From NCBI GenBank assembly GCA_946965045.2, contig OX337233.1, forward strand, positions 930,001-994,000: 64,000 nt of DNA, read 5' to 3'. Below, in pieces: positions 30,811 to 41,456 of the stretch (position 1 is the stretch's first letter; each line of letters opens with the position of its first letter). The notes beneath the pieces are model-generated. The model saw only the letters and a list, made by a program, of their open reading frames with translations, had not been told where the DNA came from and made no database searches. A program made the translations under genes and the position numbers. Source of the stretch: Epithemia pelagica (Eukaryota; Protista; Bacillariophyta).

Positions 30811-32007
30811 TCAATGGTGCTGGTGCCCCTCCCGTGACTGCCTGAACTGGCTCATGAAGGCCTCCGCTTCCGAGGAAGCTAGGGAATAAACTTTCCACGA
30901 AAGCTTATGCTTCTTCAAGGACCCGTTGGCATCCGGTACGAAAATTTCAGAACCAGACGGTGGCAAACCTTCAGGAACAGAGAATCCTTCGGGGATATCC
31001 ACAACCTCCCTCGCTCTAGGAAATGGATTTTGGGCTCCTGCGGCTGCCAGATTAACCATCCCATGAAACGAGGCCCTTGCTTCTCCATTTGAAGAGAGAG
31101 AAAAGGCAGAAGCATTGTATGAGGCACTCGTTAAGCCGAAGGACGGAACTGGGTTGTTGGTGTTTACATTGCTTCCCATATTCAGACTGAACACTTCAGG
31201 ACGAAAGGCGAATCCATCACGTGATCCCATGCTTGATGAAGCTGCAGCACTCGGTTCCACCATTCTAGGTGCTTCCTCGGGTTCCGGAGGTCTCCCAAAC
31301 CTACGCTTCTTCTTAGTGTCTTCCTTGTACATGCGAAGCTCTGCTCGATAGCGAGCACTCTCGTGTTCCGCTTTCTTCTCCCATTCCTCCCTTTCTTTGC
31401 TACTAAGCGATTTCCATTTCTTTCCAACTTCTTTTCCCATGGTGACGAATGCAACGGAACCTCCCGTTTCGCGAATCAAACAGCGGCGATAATCACGGAA
31501 AAACAAATTGTAAGCACTCAGAGGGCGCGAAGGCCCTGCTTTCGGCTTTGGTTTTTTCCTTCTCCTGTTGGAGGGCGAGCGTCCTGCATCCTCTTCGACT
31601 GCCTCCAAGACGGGGCGCGAAGGTGCGGAGGGTCCCTGTGGTTCCACCACTCGCGCTTGTTCCGTGTTGTACAAGGTTTGAGGCCAGTCCGAAGCTACTT
31701 CCGGTTCGTTCGTAACACCTACAGGATTACAATTTTGATCCATCTCAGCAACGATTTCATCGATAATGGATGACTTGGAGGCAGTATCATCTTCATTCGT
31801 ATCCAACGTGTGAACGGGAGGATTCGCAAACAAGGCCAAATTAGGGTCCACGTCGGTTGGATCGGGTGTTTTCATTCCTCGAATCTCCGTGTCCCATGCG
31901 TTTAAATAATCATCCCCTCCAAACAATTCCATTTCTGACAAATTCCTTTTGAGACCTTTTCTCTTTCCCCGGCTGCGGTGGCCATTGTACGGGGTGCTAG
32001 GTTCCAT
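30811..32007 (-). CDS. HMG-box DNA-binding protein
   Basis: PSRPLSAYNLFFRDYRR...KEVGKKWKSLSSKEREEWEKKAEHESARYRAEL HMG box, preceded by a basic RRKKPKPK stretch. Confidence 0.9.
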   Translation of the reverse strand: MEPSTPYNGHRSRGKRKGLKRNLSEMELFGGDDYLNAWDTEIRGMKTPDPTDVDPNLALFANPPVHTLDTNEDDTASKSSIIDEIVAEMDQNCNPVGVTNEPEVASDWPQTLYNTEQARVVEPQGPSAPSRPVLEAVEEDAGRSPSNRRRKKPKPKAGPSRPLSAYNLFFRDYRRCLIRETGGSVAFVTMGKEVGKKWKSLSSKEREEWEKKAEHESARYRAELRMYKEDTKKKRRFGRPPEPEEAPRMVEPSAAASSSMGSRDGFAFRPEVFSLNMGSNVNTNNPVPSFGLTSASYNASAFSLSSNGEARASFHGMVNLAAAGAQNPFPRAREVVDIPEGFSVPEGLPPSGSEIFVPDANGSLKKHKLSWKVYSLASSEAEAFMSQFRQSREGHQHH

Positions 32008-32122
32008 GGTTGGTGGTGGTTTTGGATGCGAGTAATTGAAAACTGCACCGCGGCGAACCCATTTCCAACTTTTAATTTTGAAAGGAGTGTACTCTCCGCA
32101 CGTTGGGCCGTGGTACTTTCCA

Positions 32123-32765
32123 GGTACTTGATCCTCACTTTTCCTCTCATCGCAATCCTCGTCGTTCCTGAGTCACTTTCTCATTGATAAACATTATAAT
32201 TAAGTACTTAACCAACACTGGGGGGGTATAGGCCCCCCACCCATTAGGGAGGGATCCGGAATCGCGCCGCGCTGCCAGAACTCCAGATTCTGAACAGTAC
32301 GCGTCTGCTGTGGGCGAGCGTGTGTCCAAGAAGTGAGCCATCCTCCTTTTACTCACAAGTGAGTCTGTACTCTCGAAATCTCTTCGCAGTAATACAGTAG
32401 TCAGTTGCTGTGGAGTGCCACCCCCAAGCAACCAACTCGGAGAACAACCCCCTCATGTTCCACAGTCAAGCTGACAAACAATAAGCGACCTGGACATGCA
32501 CCACTAGGTAGTACAGTCGAGTCTTCACCGGGCGGGCGGGTGGGCGAAAGAAGAATGTAAAGAACCGAAGGGTGATCAAATCCAACGATGACCTTCTCAA
32601 ATCTTCTTTCCAACAATAATTTATGATTGCTGAAACTTTGTTGGGACAGTCTTACAAAGACCGTCCCAACACACTCTCTTCTTCCAGGAACTCCTTTGGG
32701 TGCGATGACTCGATCAGCGCTCGTCCGTCGGTCCCTTCTTGACCGGGGCGGTACGATGCGGCTAC
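32123..32765 (-). mobile_element. Solo A-linker-B repeat (relic) of a related tyrosine-recombinase retrotransposon
   Basis: The reverse strand aligns end to end with 62814-63483. Shared blocks: gcatcgtaccgcccc..ggtcaagaagggaccgacggacga, cttctttcgcccacccgcccgcccgg.gaagactcg, gcgcgattccggatccc, gggtggggggccta.acccccccagtgttggttaagta. Ends in GTACC. Confidence 0.88.
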
Positions 32766-32926
32766 TGAGCCTATTGAAATTCGCAGAGAACACAACCCCG
32801 CTTTCGTATCAAAACAAAAATTAAATATTGAATAAGAGACGAAATATATAAAACCGATGAGGTGTAGAGAGGTTTCTGACATTCCTTATGTTCGGCTTTC
32901 CACGCAATAGAATGGTGGACGATCCA

Positions 32927-34094
32927 AACCCTCCGACTAGGTGTCCGCTTCTTAGCCCCCCAGCCGCTCTCCGCGACCAACCATTTTAATTTTGTTTTTT
33001 TTGCGTTTTTAAAGAAAATTTCGGGTCAAAATGAAAATGATCACGCCGGCCTTCTGGATCACCGTTTTGAAATTTTGTGAGCAGGCGTGCGCACTTTGAC
33101 CGTTGGTCTTCCCCCTTCTTGATTGTCGTCCCAAGTTGCGACCCACATTATTTTCACTACGCACCTTTTGACATGGACAATGGACATGCACCATCACAAT
33201 GCATTCTCCATCATCTGCACACCATGGACATTTGACATATAGACCATAGATAGTGTTTTGCTCTACCCCCATCCTTTCTTTGTTTTTTCTAGGAGAAGTG
33301 TGGTTGTTTCTAGTGTTTGTGTCCGTTTAAAAGTGGACCCTCCTCCACAACACCGTGCCGTTGCCGTAGGCTTGTCTCTTTGCAACCACTTACAGTCCTA
33401 TTTTAGAATACGTCTCTTTCTACCTAGTTGCGTTATGGAGCATATAGAGTGTAGAGTCCCCTGCACTGCTGGGAAAGACAAGTCATGCTCATGGCAACAA
33501 AAAAAGAACAACAGGAGCAGGTCGACATCACAATCCACTAAAGACCCAAACTGAGCGACAGATGAAAAATGGATGGCTTCCTCCACTTATCCTACCTACT
33601 CCTAATTGAGGTCTATAGCTCTATTTTGTCCTATAAGAATCCTACAAATGATGCCAGCAGCCCCACATGGCATCGACCAAAATGGATGTTACTTGGCACA
33701 AACAAATGACACACTATGGCAACTGGCAACGTAGTGAGAGCCTACAACTAAACATTGTCCATTCCAATGCAAGTATTAGCCATTCCAGAACTTACCATGA
33801 TGGATGTGCAGTGACAAAGATGAGATGTGATGGCCAGGGACGAAGCATGCCGTTTTTGGTGTTGGTTTGGTCATTGCCTCGTTTTGTTGCCTGCCTCGAT
33901 TTTGTGGCCTGTGAACTCACTGAGAACACTATTTTGAGTCTTGTTGAGCAGAACGCCTGTCATCTTCCAACTGTCACATCACGCCAGCCTTTCCACCGAT
34001 GGATGTGAAATTTCCATTCATTTTTTTGTCTGTGGGATTGGGTTTGTCTTGCCCGAACAGACGAGCTAAGAAGCGGACATCTAGTCGGAGGGTT
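32927..34094. mobile_element. Non-autonomous TIR DNA element, copy B (1168 bp, uninterrupted), superfamily unassigned
   Basis: 30-bp TIRs aaccctccgactaggtgtccgcttcttagc with 29/30 match; no long ORF; no clear TSD. Confidence 0.88.
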
Positions 34095-34107
34095 CTTAGC
34101 TTTTTTC

Positions 34108-34677
34108 TCTAGAGGTGGCTCACTCGGTAAGCGGACGCGCAGCTCCAGCAGAGATTTTCTGTTGCTGGAAAGGTAAGCAGGTAAGCGCTACATTGGTCTC
34201 TGACTGTTGCATGTCATTCATTTGCTCCGCACTGGTCATGACTGACCCTATGTCATTCATTTGCTCCACACTGCCTTCCACAATGTCTGATTGCAATGAT
34301 AATGATGACTCATCAAAGGTGGAAGAGCATGATGTGGAAGATGAAAGTAAGTCAAGATCCCAACATTTGGTGCCTAGTAAGAAAATATCTTGCATTGCCT
34401 GCGACTCCTTCTTCTTCCGAAAGGTCGCTCAGTATTGCAGGACTGATCACATCTGCAAAACAAGCATCACTGGACCCTTCCACCGTTACAGATTTAAATT
34501 TTTTACATGAGAATTGGGAACAGTTGTTCTCACCATAAGATAGATTCACTAGCCTCTAGCTAAGTTTTTTCATCCTGGTAGCACAGGTAGTCTTTTCTCC
34601 AGCGGACGCGCATACCTAGCTCCAGCAGAGACGTCTCCAGCGCTTACCTAGCTCCAGCAGAGAGGAGCCACCTCTGA
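34108..34677 (+). mobile_element. Non-autonomous hAT derivative (570 bp)
   Basis: TIR (TC)AGAGGTGGCTC, 8-bp TSD CTTTTTTC (34100-07 and 34678-85), subterminal GCTCCAGCAGAGA repeats and a transposase C-terminal remnant. Confidence 0.88.
34356..34538 (+). pseudogene. Remnant of a hAT transposase C-terminal dimerisation domain
   Basis: PNIWCLVRKYLALPATPSSSERSLSIAG...SLDPSTVTDLNFL resembles the P.L..LA..YL.IPA.S..SER.FS.AG....L....V..L.FL consensus. Confidence 0.8.
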
Positions 34678-34898
34678 CTTTTTTCAGTGTCGGCGGTCGG
34701 CGGTCGGCGTGTCGTGTGTCGTGTGTCGTGTGTCCCTCATTCCAATTTAAGACACCCCCTAGCGGGCGGCGGGCGTGGTACGGTGCTCGTGTTCTGCTGT
34801 TCTGCAAGTTTCACACGATTCACTTGCTGAGTTGATGATTTGAATTTTGGAATTTGCGAACATTACACGTGGAATAAGAGGACGGTTGATCCATCACC

Positions 34899-37802
34899 AT
34901 GAGGACCAAAGGAACGCCACGAGCGAGAGCTCTTACGGCACACCAAGCGTTTATTCCTCTCGAGGGCAACCCGTCTTCTGAATCAGCATCAGCATCGGTG
35001 ATGAAACAACCGTCGTCATGGGGGTCGGAACGATTTCATAATGGACTTGCAATCTCGACGACGGTCCTCGGCCCTGATATTCCATCCGACAGACACCGAC
35101 CGACACTTTCTTCTTCCACCCATGTTTCAAGAAGTGTTTGGTACTGGACTGTCAGCTTGTTGTTGGTATGTCTTCCAACAAGAGGGTATGTTTCCGTCCC
35201 TTTGATGAGTTCAGCTCGTTGTGGTCGAATGTCTTGGAGGCCATCCAAGGAGGAGGATGGCCGGTCCGTATCCAGAACCTCTCAAAGACAAGGAACGACC
35301 GCCATTCCTAGAGTTCAACCACTCAAGGCTTGGCCATTTCCAAATGATGCCGAGGATCGGCGTTCACAACCACAAGAGTCGTCGAACCGAGAACCCATGC
35401 TGCAGCCACCACCATTTTCCCGGCGACAGGGAGAAGGGCGATTGGAAGGACGACAACAGGAGTACAGCTGGTACAATTCGGAAAGTGAAGATGGCAATGA
35501 TGATGACAATGATTCCGAGGCAACCTCGTGGACCAATCCAGTTGAGAAAGTTCCTCGACCTCGTCGTCGTCGTGATCGATCCTTCCAAACTCAAGACACT
35601 CGTAGAGGTGCTTCTCGGAATTCAAAGAACAAGGAGGAGAAGTCTATACTGTTCGAAGAAGACGACAACGAGGTTTCCGTAAAGGATACAAGTATCGGTG
35701 CACGTCAACGACGTGTTGGTTCGAAACCACTGCGACAATCGTCCACCTATAATGACAATGAATATGATGATGATATTGATAGATACGAATCCTTGCCCTG
35801 GGATGAGTACAATAACGATCTTGAACCAGAATGGGACGAAGAAGAAGGCGATGATAATGCCATGGATTCGTTTGCAGGTGGAAACTTCTGGTATAATGCT
35901 AGAGCTGCTCCTCGAGATCCCAACCAACAAGACAGCACTCCTCGAGGCAATAAGAGCAGCCAACGAAACACAAAGTTTTTACGATCCAATTCACGGCGAG
36001 ATTCGGAAACCAGTGCACTCGTTCCCTATGGGTCCACTTCTCCGCGTCCTCGTCGACGACGTTCTTCTTCGGCCAGCACCTTTCGATCGGGGACGCCTCC
36101 TCCTCCCGAACCTGTATTGGACTTTTACGATCGACTCTTTTGGTATGGCATGAAGGATAATGAAGAAGACGATGATGATGATGACTATTATATGGTCAAT
36201 GAAAACAAACGAAATGTCTTTGGTGCTTCCCCGGGGAAATTCAATGCCCTTGTCTTTCTGGATAACCAAGGGAGCAAGGATCAAGATTGGATTCCCCGAC
36301 GACTGCCGCGTGGTGCAACCCGTCGACGAGCGCAGGAAAATGAGGGTTCCTTTTTATTGCCGTTTGATGGGGAGGATGACAACGACGAAGCAGTAAATTA
36401 CCGTGACTATTACCATAAGGATGATGACGACGACGAATGGACCGATACAGACTGGTTCTACAATGAAGCAGTTCCAAGTACCCCTCCCTACGATCCTCCC
36501 CGGTATGAACCCTTTGACGAAAGCACCACTATCTTTCCCAAACCCTCAATTCGACAGCGACGACGAGAACGTGGTGACAGAAATTGGCAGTCCATGGACA
36601 ACGATGATGGGCCACAGGGTCGTCGTCGTCGAAGACGGCGAGATGAGAGACTTTTGAACAGTGACCCGACATCTGTGTGGTTTCAACAAGACGAAGACGG
36701 CAATGAGTTTGAAAGTTTAGATAGGAAAAGGCAGAAACGACAACGTGGATCTCGCACTCGTGGATACATTGAGGAAGAAGACGGTGATGGTCTGGATTGG
36801 ACAGCTCCCTTGAGCAGTATGGTCGATTCCTTTTTTGGTGTAAATCGCAAAGAATTGGATCGTCGAGCAAACGTGTACAATCAACAAATGGGGATTCGCC
36901 GCACTCGAGTCGAGGACAATGAGGATGACAATTATAGCTACAAGAACAACAATGATCCCTATCGCAATCGTCAACTTCGCCGTCGCAAAATGCAACGTCG
37001 CCAGGGTCATGCCTACCCCTACCTTCCCGATGATGAGGAGGAGGAAGAGGACTCCCCTCCAGTGGCAGATTACGAACTCGTTACGGAGTTGGATGATAGT
37101 GACATTGGAAGCAGCAACTCCCAGAAAGGCAATCATCATGATATGGATGGCTCATCGCACCAATCCAACCATGAAAGTAGTCCTCAGGAAGTGAACCGTA
37201 ACCGCCGAGAAGAATCGGATCCAAGGCCTCGAGAACTTTCGTGGGAAGAGCGTGCCATGGCTATGGAACGTGTCCCTCCGGCCAATGTACGAGCTTGGGG
37301 TCCGAGTGGAGAATTGGCCGTGGATGCTCGAACGCAAGCAATCTCGGATGCCTTGCAAGATGTCATGGAAGGGAAACGCCTTGTAGAATCCAAGGAACAA
37401 GCGGTTGCACAAGCCAAGGAACAATTATCCATTCTTCGCGTGGACCAGGAATTGGAACGTCAACAAATCCTCTCCCGTCGGCGTCATCGCAAGAGCCGAA
37501 CGACGGATCGTCAAAGAACGCAACGACAAGAGGAAGAACAACAATCACGAGATGACTATCGCTTTCGAGAAATGGAACAAGACTTTGGACGGGCCTCGCG
37601 AGAGTACCGCTTGGCCGTGAAATTGTGCAATATGGTCAAGCAAGACTTGGAGGATCTGGAACGACGGCATTGGGCCGTTCTGCAATGCTACAATCCGACT
37701 CAGGCACAAGAACTCGTGGATGAAACCTTGGAAGAATGGGACCGAGACAACCCCTCTGCGGACCAAGCCACTCCCGTGTCCTCATCCGAATCAGAGCAGT
37801 AG
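34899..37802 (+). CDS. Long acidic, Arg-rich low-complexity protein with a C-terminal coiled coil; function unknown
   Basis: 967-aa ORF with D/E and R tracts, an N-terminal hydrophobic segment and a heptad-rich C-terminal ~170 aa. True start uncertain. Confidence 0.75.
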   Translation: MRTKGTPRARALTAHQAFIPLEGNPSSESASASVMKQPSSWGSERFHNGLAISTTVLGPDIPSDRHRPTLSSSTHVSRSVWYWTVSLLLVCLPTRGYVSVPLMSSARCGRMSWRPSKEEDGRSVSRTSQRQGTTAIPRVQPLKAWPFPNDAEDRRSQPQESSNREPMLQPPPFSRRQGEGRLEGRQQEYSWYNSESEDGNDDDNDSEATSWTNPVEKVPRPRRRRDRSFQTQDTRRGASRNSKNKEEKSILFEEDDNEVSVKDTSIGARQRRVGSKPLRQSSTYNDNEYDDDIDRYESLPWDEYNNDLEPEWDEEEGDDNAMDSFAGGNFWYNARAAPRDPNQQDSTPRGNKSSQRNTKFLRSNSRRDSETSALVPYGSTSPRPRRRRSSSASTFRSGTPPPPEPVLDFYDRLFWYGMKDNEEDDDDDDYYMVNENKRNVFGASPGKFNALVFLDNQGSKDQDWIPRRLPRGATRRRAQENEGSFLLPFDGEDDNDEAVNYRDYYHKDDDDDEWTDTDWFYNEAVPSTPPYDPPRYEPFDESTTIFPKPSIRQRRRERGDRNWQSMDNDDGPQGRRRRRRRDERLLNSDPTSVWFQQDEDGNEFESLDRKRQKRQRGSRTRGYIEEEDGDGLDWTAPLSSMVDSFFGVNRKELDRRANVYNQQMGIRRTRVEDNEDDNYSYKNNNDPYRNRQLRRRKMQRRQGHAYPYLPDDEEEEEDSPPVADYELVTELDDSDIGSSNSQKGNHHDMDGSSHQSNHESSPQEVNRNRREESDPRPRELSWEERAMAMERVPPANVRAWGPSGELAVDARTQAISDALQDVMEGKRLVESKEQAVAQAKEQLSILRVDQELERQQILSRRRHRKSRTTDRQRTQRQEEEQQSRDDYRFREMEQDFGRASREYRLAVKLCNMVKQDLEDLERRHWAVLQCYNPTQAQELVDETLEEWDRDNPSADQATPVSSSESEQ

Positions 37803-38914
37803 CAGTCCAAGCATATAGTCTCTCCTCATCGCTTCTCGGCATGGATCACCAGTGACAGACGGAACAAAACAGGCGCAGGAATTCTTGGATTGAAGTAGCA
37901 TACGTGTTGTGAGTGTGGATTATTGTCGCAGATAAATGAAGAAGGGGATCATTGCCACAGATAAATGAAGAAGGCTGGTCTGTTCGATTTGCTTTTTGAC
38001 ATGCCTTGCCGTATCGTTTCTCTCTTGTGGTTACGTAACTGCGTCGAGAAATCCGGCTTCGATTATATGAAGAGCACACCAAGAGGTGTAGATGCCGACC
38101 CATTTAAAAAGGTAGAACTCTACCCACTATGCCAGCATCAAGAAGAGTTAAACCTTCTTTACAGTGTAATAGTTCACCATTGGCATTTGGCACATCATCT
38201 TTCTTCGGGTAAGAGTACATTTACCTATATGGTCATAGCCAAAGCGGTTAACTCGTAGAGAAAGTGAACGAACAGATCTCGCGAGCAAACCATTTCTGCA
38301 ATCAAGTTCTACCTTCGGAATGGATGTTGATACGGCACTACCGTCTCCATTCTACTCCTCTAGGAGTAAAATGGATGTTGGCAGTTGGGTTGGACTACTA
38401 CCAGTAGCAGCTATGGCTTCCTTTTATGGAAGATGCATAGAGGAGTCGCAATTCTCGTAACCATCACGGAACGCGCATAAATCTCAAGTCGCGTTCTGTC
38501 TGTCTGCACGGCATCCAATAGGATTACAGTTCCCTAATAGATTTGTACTCTAAACACCTATAGTCGACGTAAGTTTGCGTGGAGGTCTCGAGAACCACTG
38601 AACACTGACGCACGAAGAAATGATTGGTGACAGACCCTTCCCATTCGTTTTGCAGTTTGTCGGCAACAACTACGGAGCCAGTTGCACAGAGACATCAAAA
38701 GATACACCAAGACATCAAAACGAGCAGAAGGCATCGCGACACAAAGAACTCTTTTGAAACCATCCATGGGCAGGTCTCTCTGATACATCGAATCCTTTCA
38801 ATTTGTTGTATCGTTGTGTCTCAAAACGTCCAAAATCAAAACACGCTCAAGTCGAACTTATTGTTGATAACATCTTTGTGACATTCCCAAAGGAGAAGAA
38901 GATTCCGAACAAAC

Positions 38915-39859
38915 ATGTCGAGAACCATCCGTATGAACGCACTCCTTGTTTTGGGTATGCTGGCCTCCCCAGCCACCGCCTTTGTCGTTCATACGTCTAA
39001 TAATCAACGGCGAACACGAACAACCTTCCTGAATGCGGGAGGCAACGCGAACGACATGCCATTTGCCGATCGCGCCACGTCTGTCGGCAACGAAAAGGCC
39101 GTCTCCAGCGTTAGTAGCAGTGCCGCCGAAGAAGATTTGGCACCTCCCTTGGAGGCCGATATGCAGGTAGCGCTCAACATTGACTCACCCGAACCAGTCA
39201 AGGTACAAGGAGGAGCCTTGCGTACCTGGACGACGCAATCGCCGGAAGTAGACCGTATGTTGCTTTCCATGAACACGGACGGTCCTCCCGAAGGAACGCC
39301 TCTCTTGGGGCTTGTCGAATTGCATCAAGGTCCCGAAAACACACCCATGAAAATGCAGGTCAAGAGTGGAAAGGGAAGTCTTCGTCCTATCCGATGTCTC
39401 ATTGAGACTCCTGGATCGGGTCATTCTCTCTTTATCCGAAACTTGGAGGCTTTGGAGTTTCCCATTTGGGCCAAGGTCAAGGATTGTACGTCGGAGGCTG
39501 TCGACAAGGCTGTGCATGAAATGGGGTCCCCCAAGCTATTGCAGGGTGGTGGCACTGTCACATCCTATCCATTGGATCCGAACGTGTCCGTCGTCAAGGT
39601 CTTGTTGCGCACCGATGGTCGTCCTCTCAACGCTGCCGTTGAATTGACCCAAGGTCCCAACGCTGTCAAGGTATTGATGGAAGTCTACACAGAAGATGGT
39701 ATTGAATGGCCTTTCTACTGCTTGATTGAAACTCCAGGATCGGAAAACACTATTCGTGTGTGGAGTACAGGAACTGTGGAATTCCCACTCACCGTGTGTG
39801 TAGAACCCTTTTTGGTCGAAGAAAAGGTCAAGAAGGATACCTACTTGCTAGTGGATTAA
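38915..39859 (+). CDS. Putative plastid-targeted protein of unknown function with two internal repeats (paralog 1)
   Basis: Signal peptide ending PATA|FVV (Phe at +1); two QGG..TDG.PL...VEL.QGP....IETPG......EFP repeats. The start may be the Met at 38933. Confidence 0.87.
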   Translation: MSRTIRMNALLVLGMLASPATAFVVHTSNNQRRTRTTFLNAGGNANDMPFADRATSVGNEKAVSSVSSSAAEEDLAPPLEADMQVALNIDSPEPVKVQGGALRTWTTQSPEVDRMLLSMNTDGPPEGTPLLGLVELHQGPENTPMKMQVKSGKGSLRPIRCLIETPGSGHSLFIRNLEALEFPIWAKVKDCTSEAVDKAVHEMGSPKLLQGGGTVTSYPLDPNVSVVKVLLRTDGRPLNAAVELTQGPNAVKVLMEVYTEDGIEWPFYCLIETPGSENTIRVWSTGTVEFPLTVCVEPFLVEEKVKKDTYLLVD

Positions 39860-41456
39860 GAAAGGCTAACATGGACATGGACAAAAAGATGGCTAACCAA
39901 GAAAAGAAAAAAAAGAAGAAACAAACCAAAAACGAAAAAACAGATGTAGCAACAGAGGGAACAAATCGAGTGATTTGTCTTCCATTCTCATCGATTGTGT
40001 GTCATATTCCCACTAGAAGAAATTGTGTTTGACTGTGACTCTATTGTCTTTTTAGCAAACAGTAGCGCAATGTCGGTCGTCGTATGTAGCTGGACACATT
40101 TTTGTTATATCGTACGTAGGGCCATGGTCGTACTGTCATGCGCTTCCACGGCTGGTCCCATTTGACTGTGGTCGTACTGGTCGACATGGATACAATTTGA
40201 TTGTACGGACAGCCATCACAACTCTACACGTTGAATGACCAGGTCAACTCCTGTATTCATGCAATTCAACGATAAACCAAACAATTATATCTTGAATACG
40301 TGAAGCAAATGAATTATCATATACTAGGGGTATAAATGAATGGTCCATTCCACCGTACCCTCTTTCAAAGGACGCTGTAGAAAGCCATGGATACCGAAAA
40401 CCTGTATCATGTTCCTTCGTAATCGTTTCAACAAGCGGCACAATTCTTTGCGAATCGACGGTCGTACTGTGGTGAGGGGAAAGAAGAATGTTTTTGCCGA
40501 CAGTTTGGTCTGTATCGCATATTGGACCAATGCCACCCATTCCAATTGCATGAACTTGGTTTGATCATGAATGCTTCTTGTCTCTGTCATCCTCGTCTTG
40601 TCCGGGACCTCACCAGAAATGGATGGTTCGGGTACAGGTACATCGCTTCGCAGGTTGATGGTTCCAGAACGCCTTGCACCAATGAAATCCTCCCTGGCCA
40701 AAACAGAAGTGGAGAGTCGTCGTAGTAGTCGCTTGAACTTGCTTGCTATAAAACTTGCCGATAACGCGTCCTGGAACGAAATGAATGAGAACCAAAAAGT
40801 GAGGACAAAACTAATGGGGGAAAGTTCGGTTGACTTGGCCACGCCAACCAATCCAGAATTGAGGTACGTACGAGCTACGAACGTGCCTGTACACTTTGGC
40901 CTACTCTCATTCTTTGAAAGGAGCTACTTAAACGCGACTACGAAGGATCGCTCGGTACACACACATAGAGTCAATAGTTGACGTAAGTTCGTGTCAGCCA
41001 ATATGCCGATTCCGATTGGCTGTGCCGGCGTGACACAATGACGCACGAAGAAAAATGAGGCCCGGACCGGATTGTCTGACACAAGCTTACGTACCACAAC
41101 GTGTGGCTCTTCGCGGGTCTTCTTTGAGTTCCATGTTGGGGTGAATGGTTCCCATTCAACGATCCCTTTGTGTGTGAGTGTCGGCCCACCACCTGGAAGA
41201 CGTAAACAGAGACATCAAAAGATTCACCAAGACATCAAACCATCGCAGCAACGGCAACTCCCCCTGTGATCGATTGGCATCCATCCATCATCAACTTTAG
41301 AATCGTTTTCGCCCATCAACCGTCTCTCTTTGGATAAGTATTTCTTCTTTTGTCGGAGCAAACCGTTTGATTGAGCCTTGTTATTCAAGACAAGAACACA
41401 AGCAGCACCTTTGACTGAAATTTGCATCGCACGACAACGACAGACAGACAAACAGT

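Noticed and set aside
34686-34730. (GTCGGCG)n and (TGTCG/TGTGTCG)n simple repeats
   Set aside because: Short microsatellite-like tract with no further structure.
40324-40851. 175-aa minus-strand ORF between the tandem paralogs
   Set aside because: No motif or paralogous counterpart; weak support. Left unannotated.
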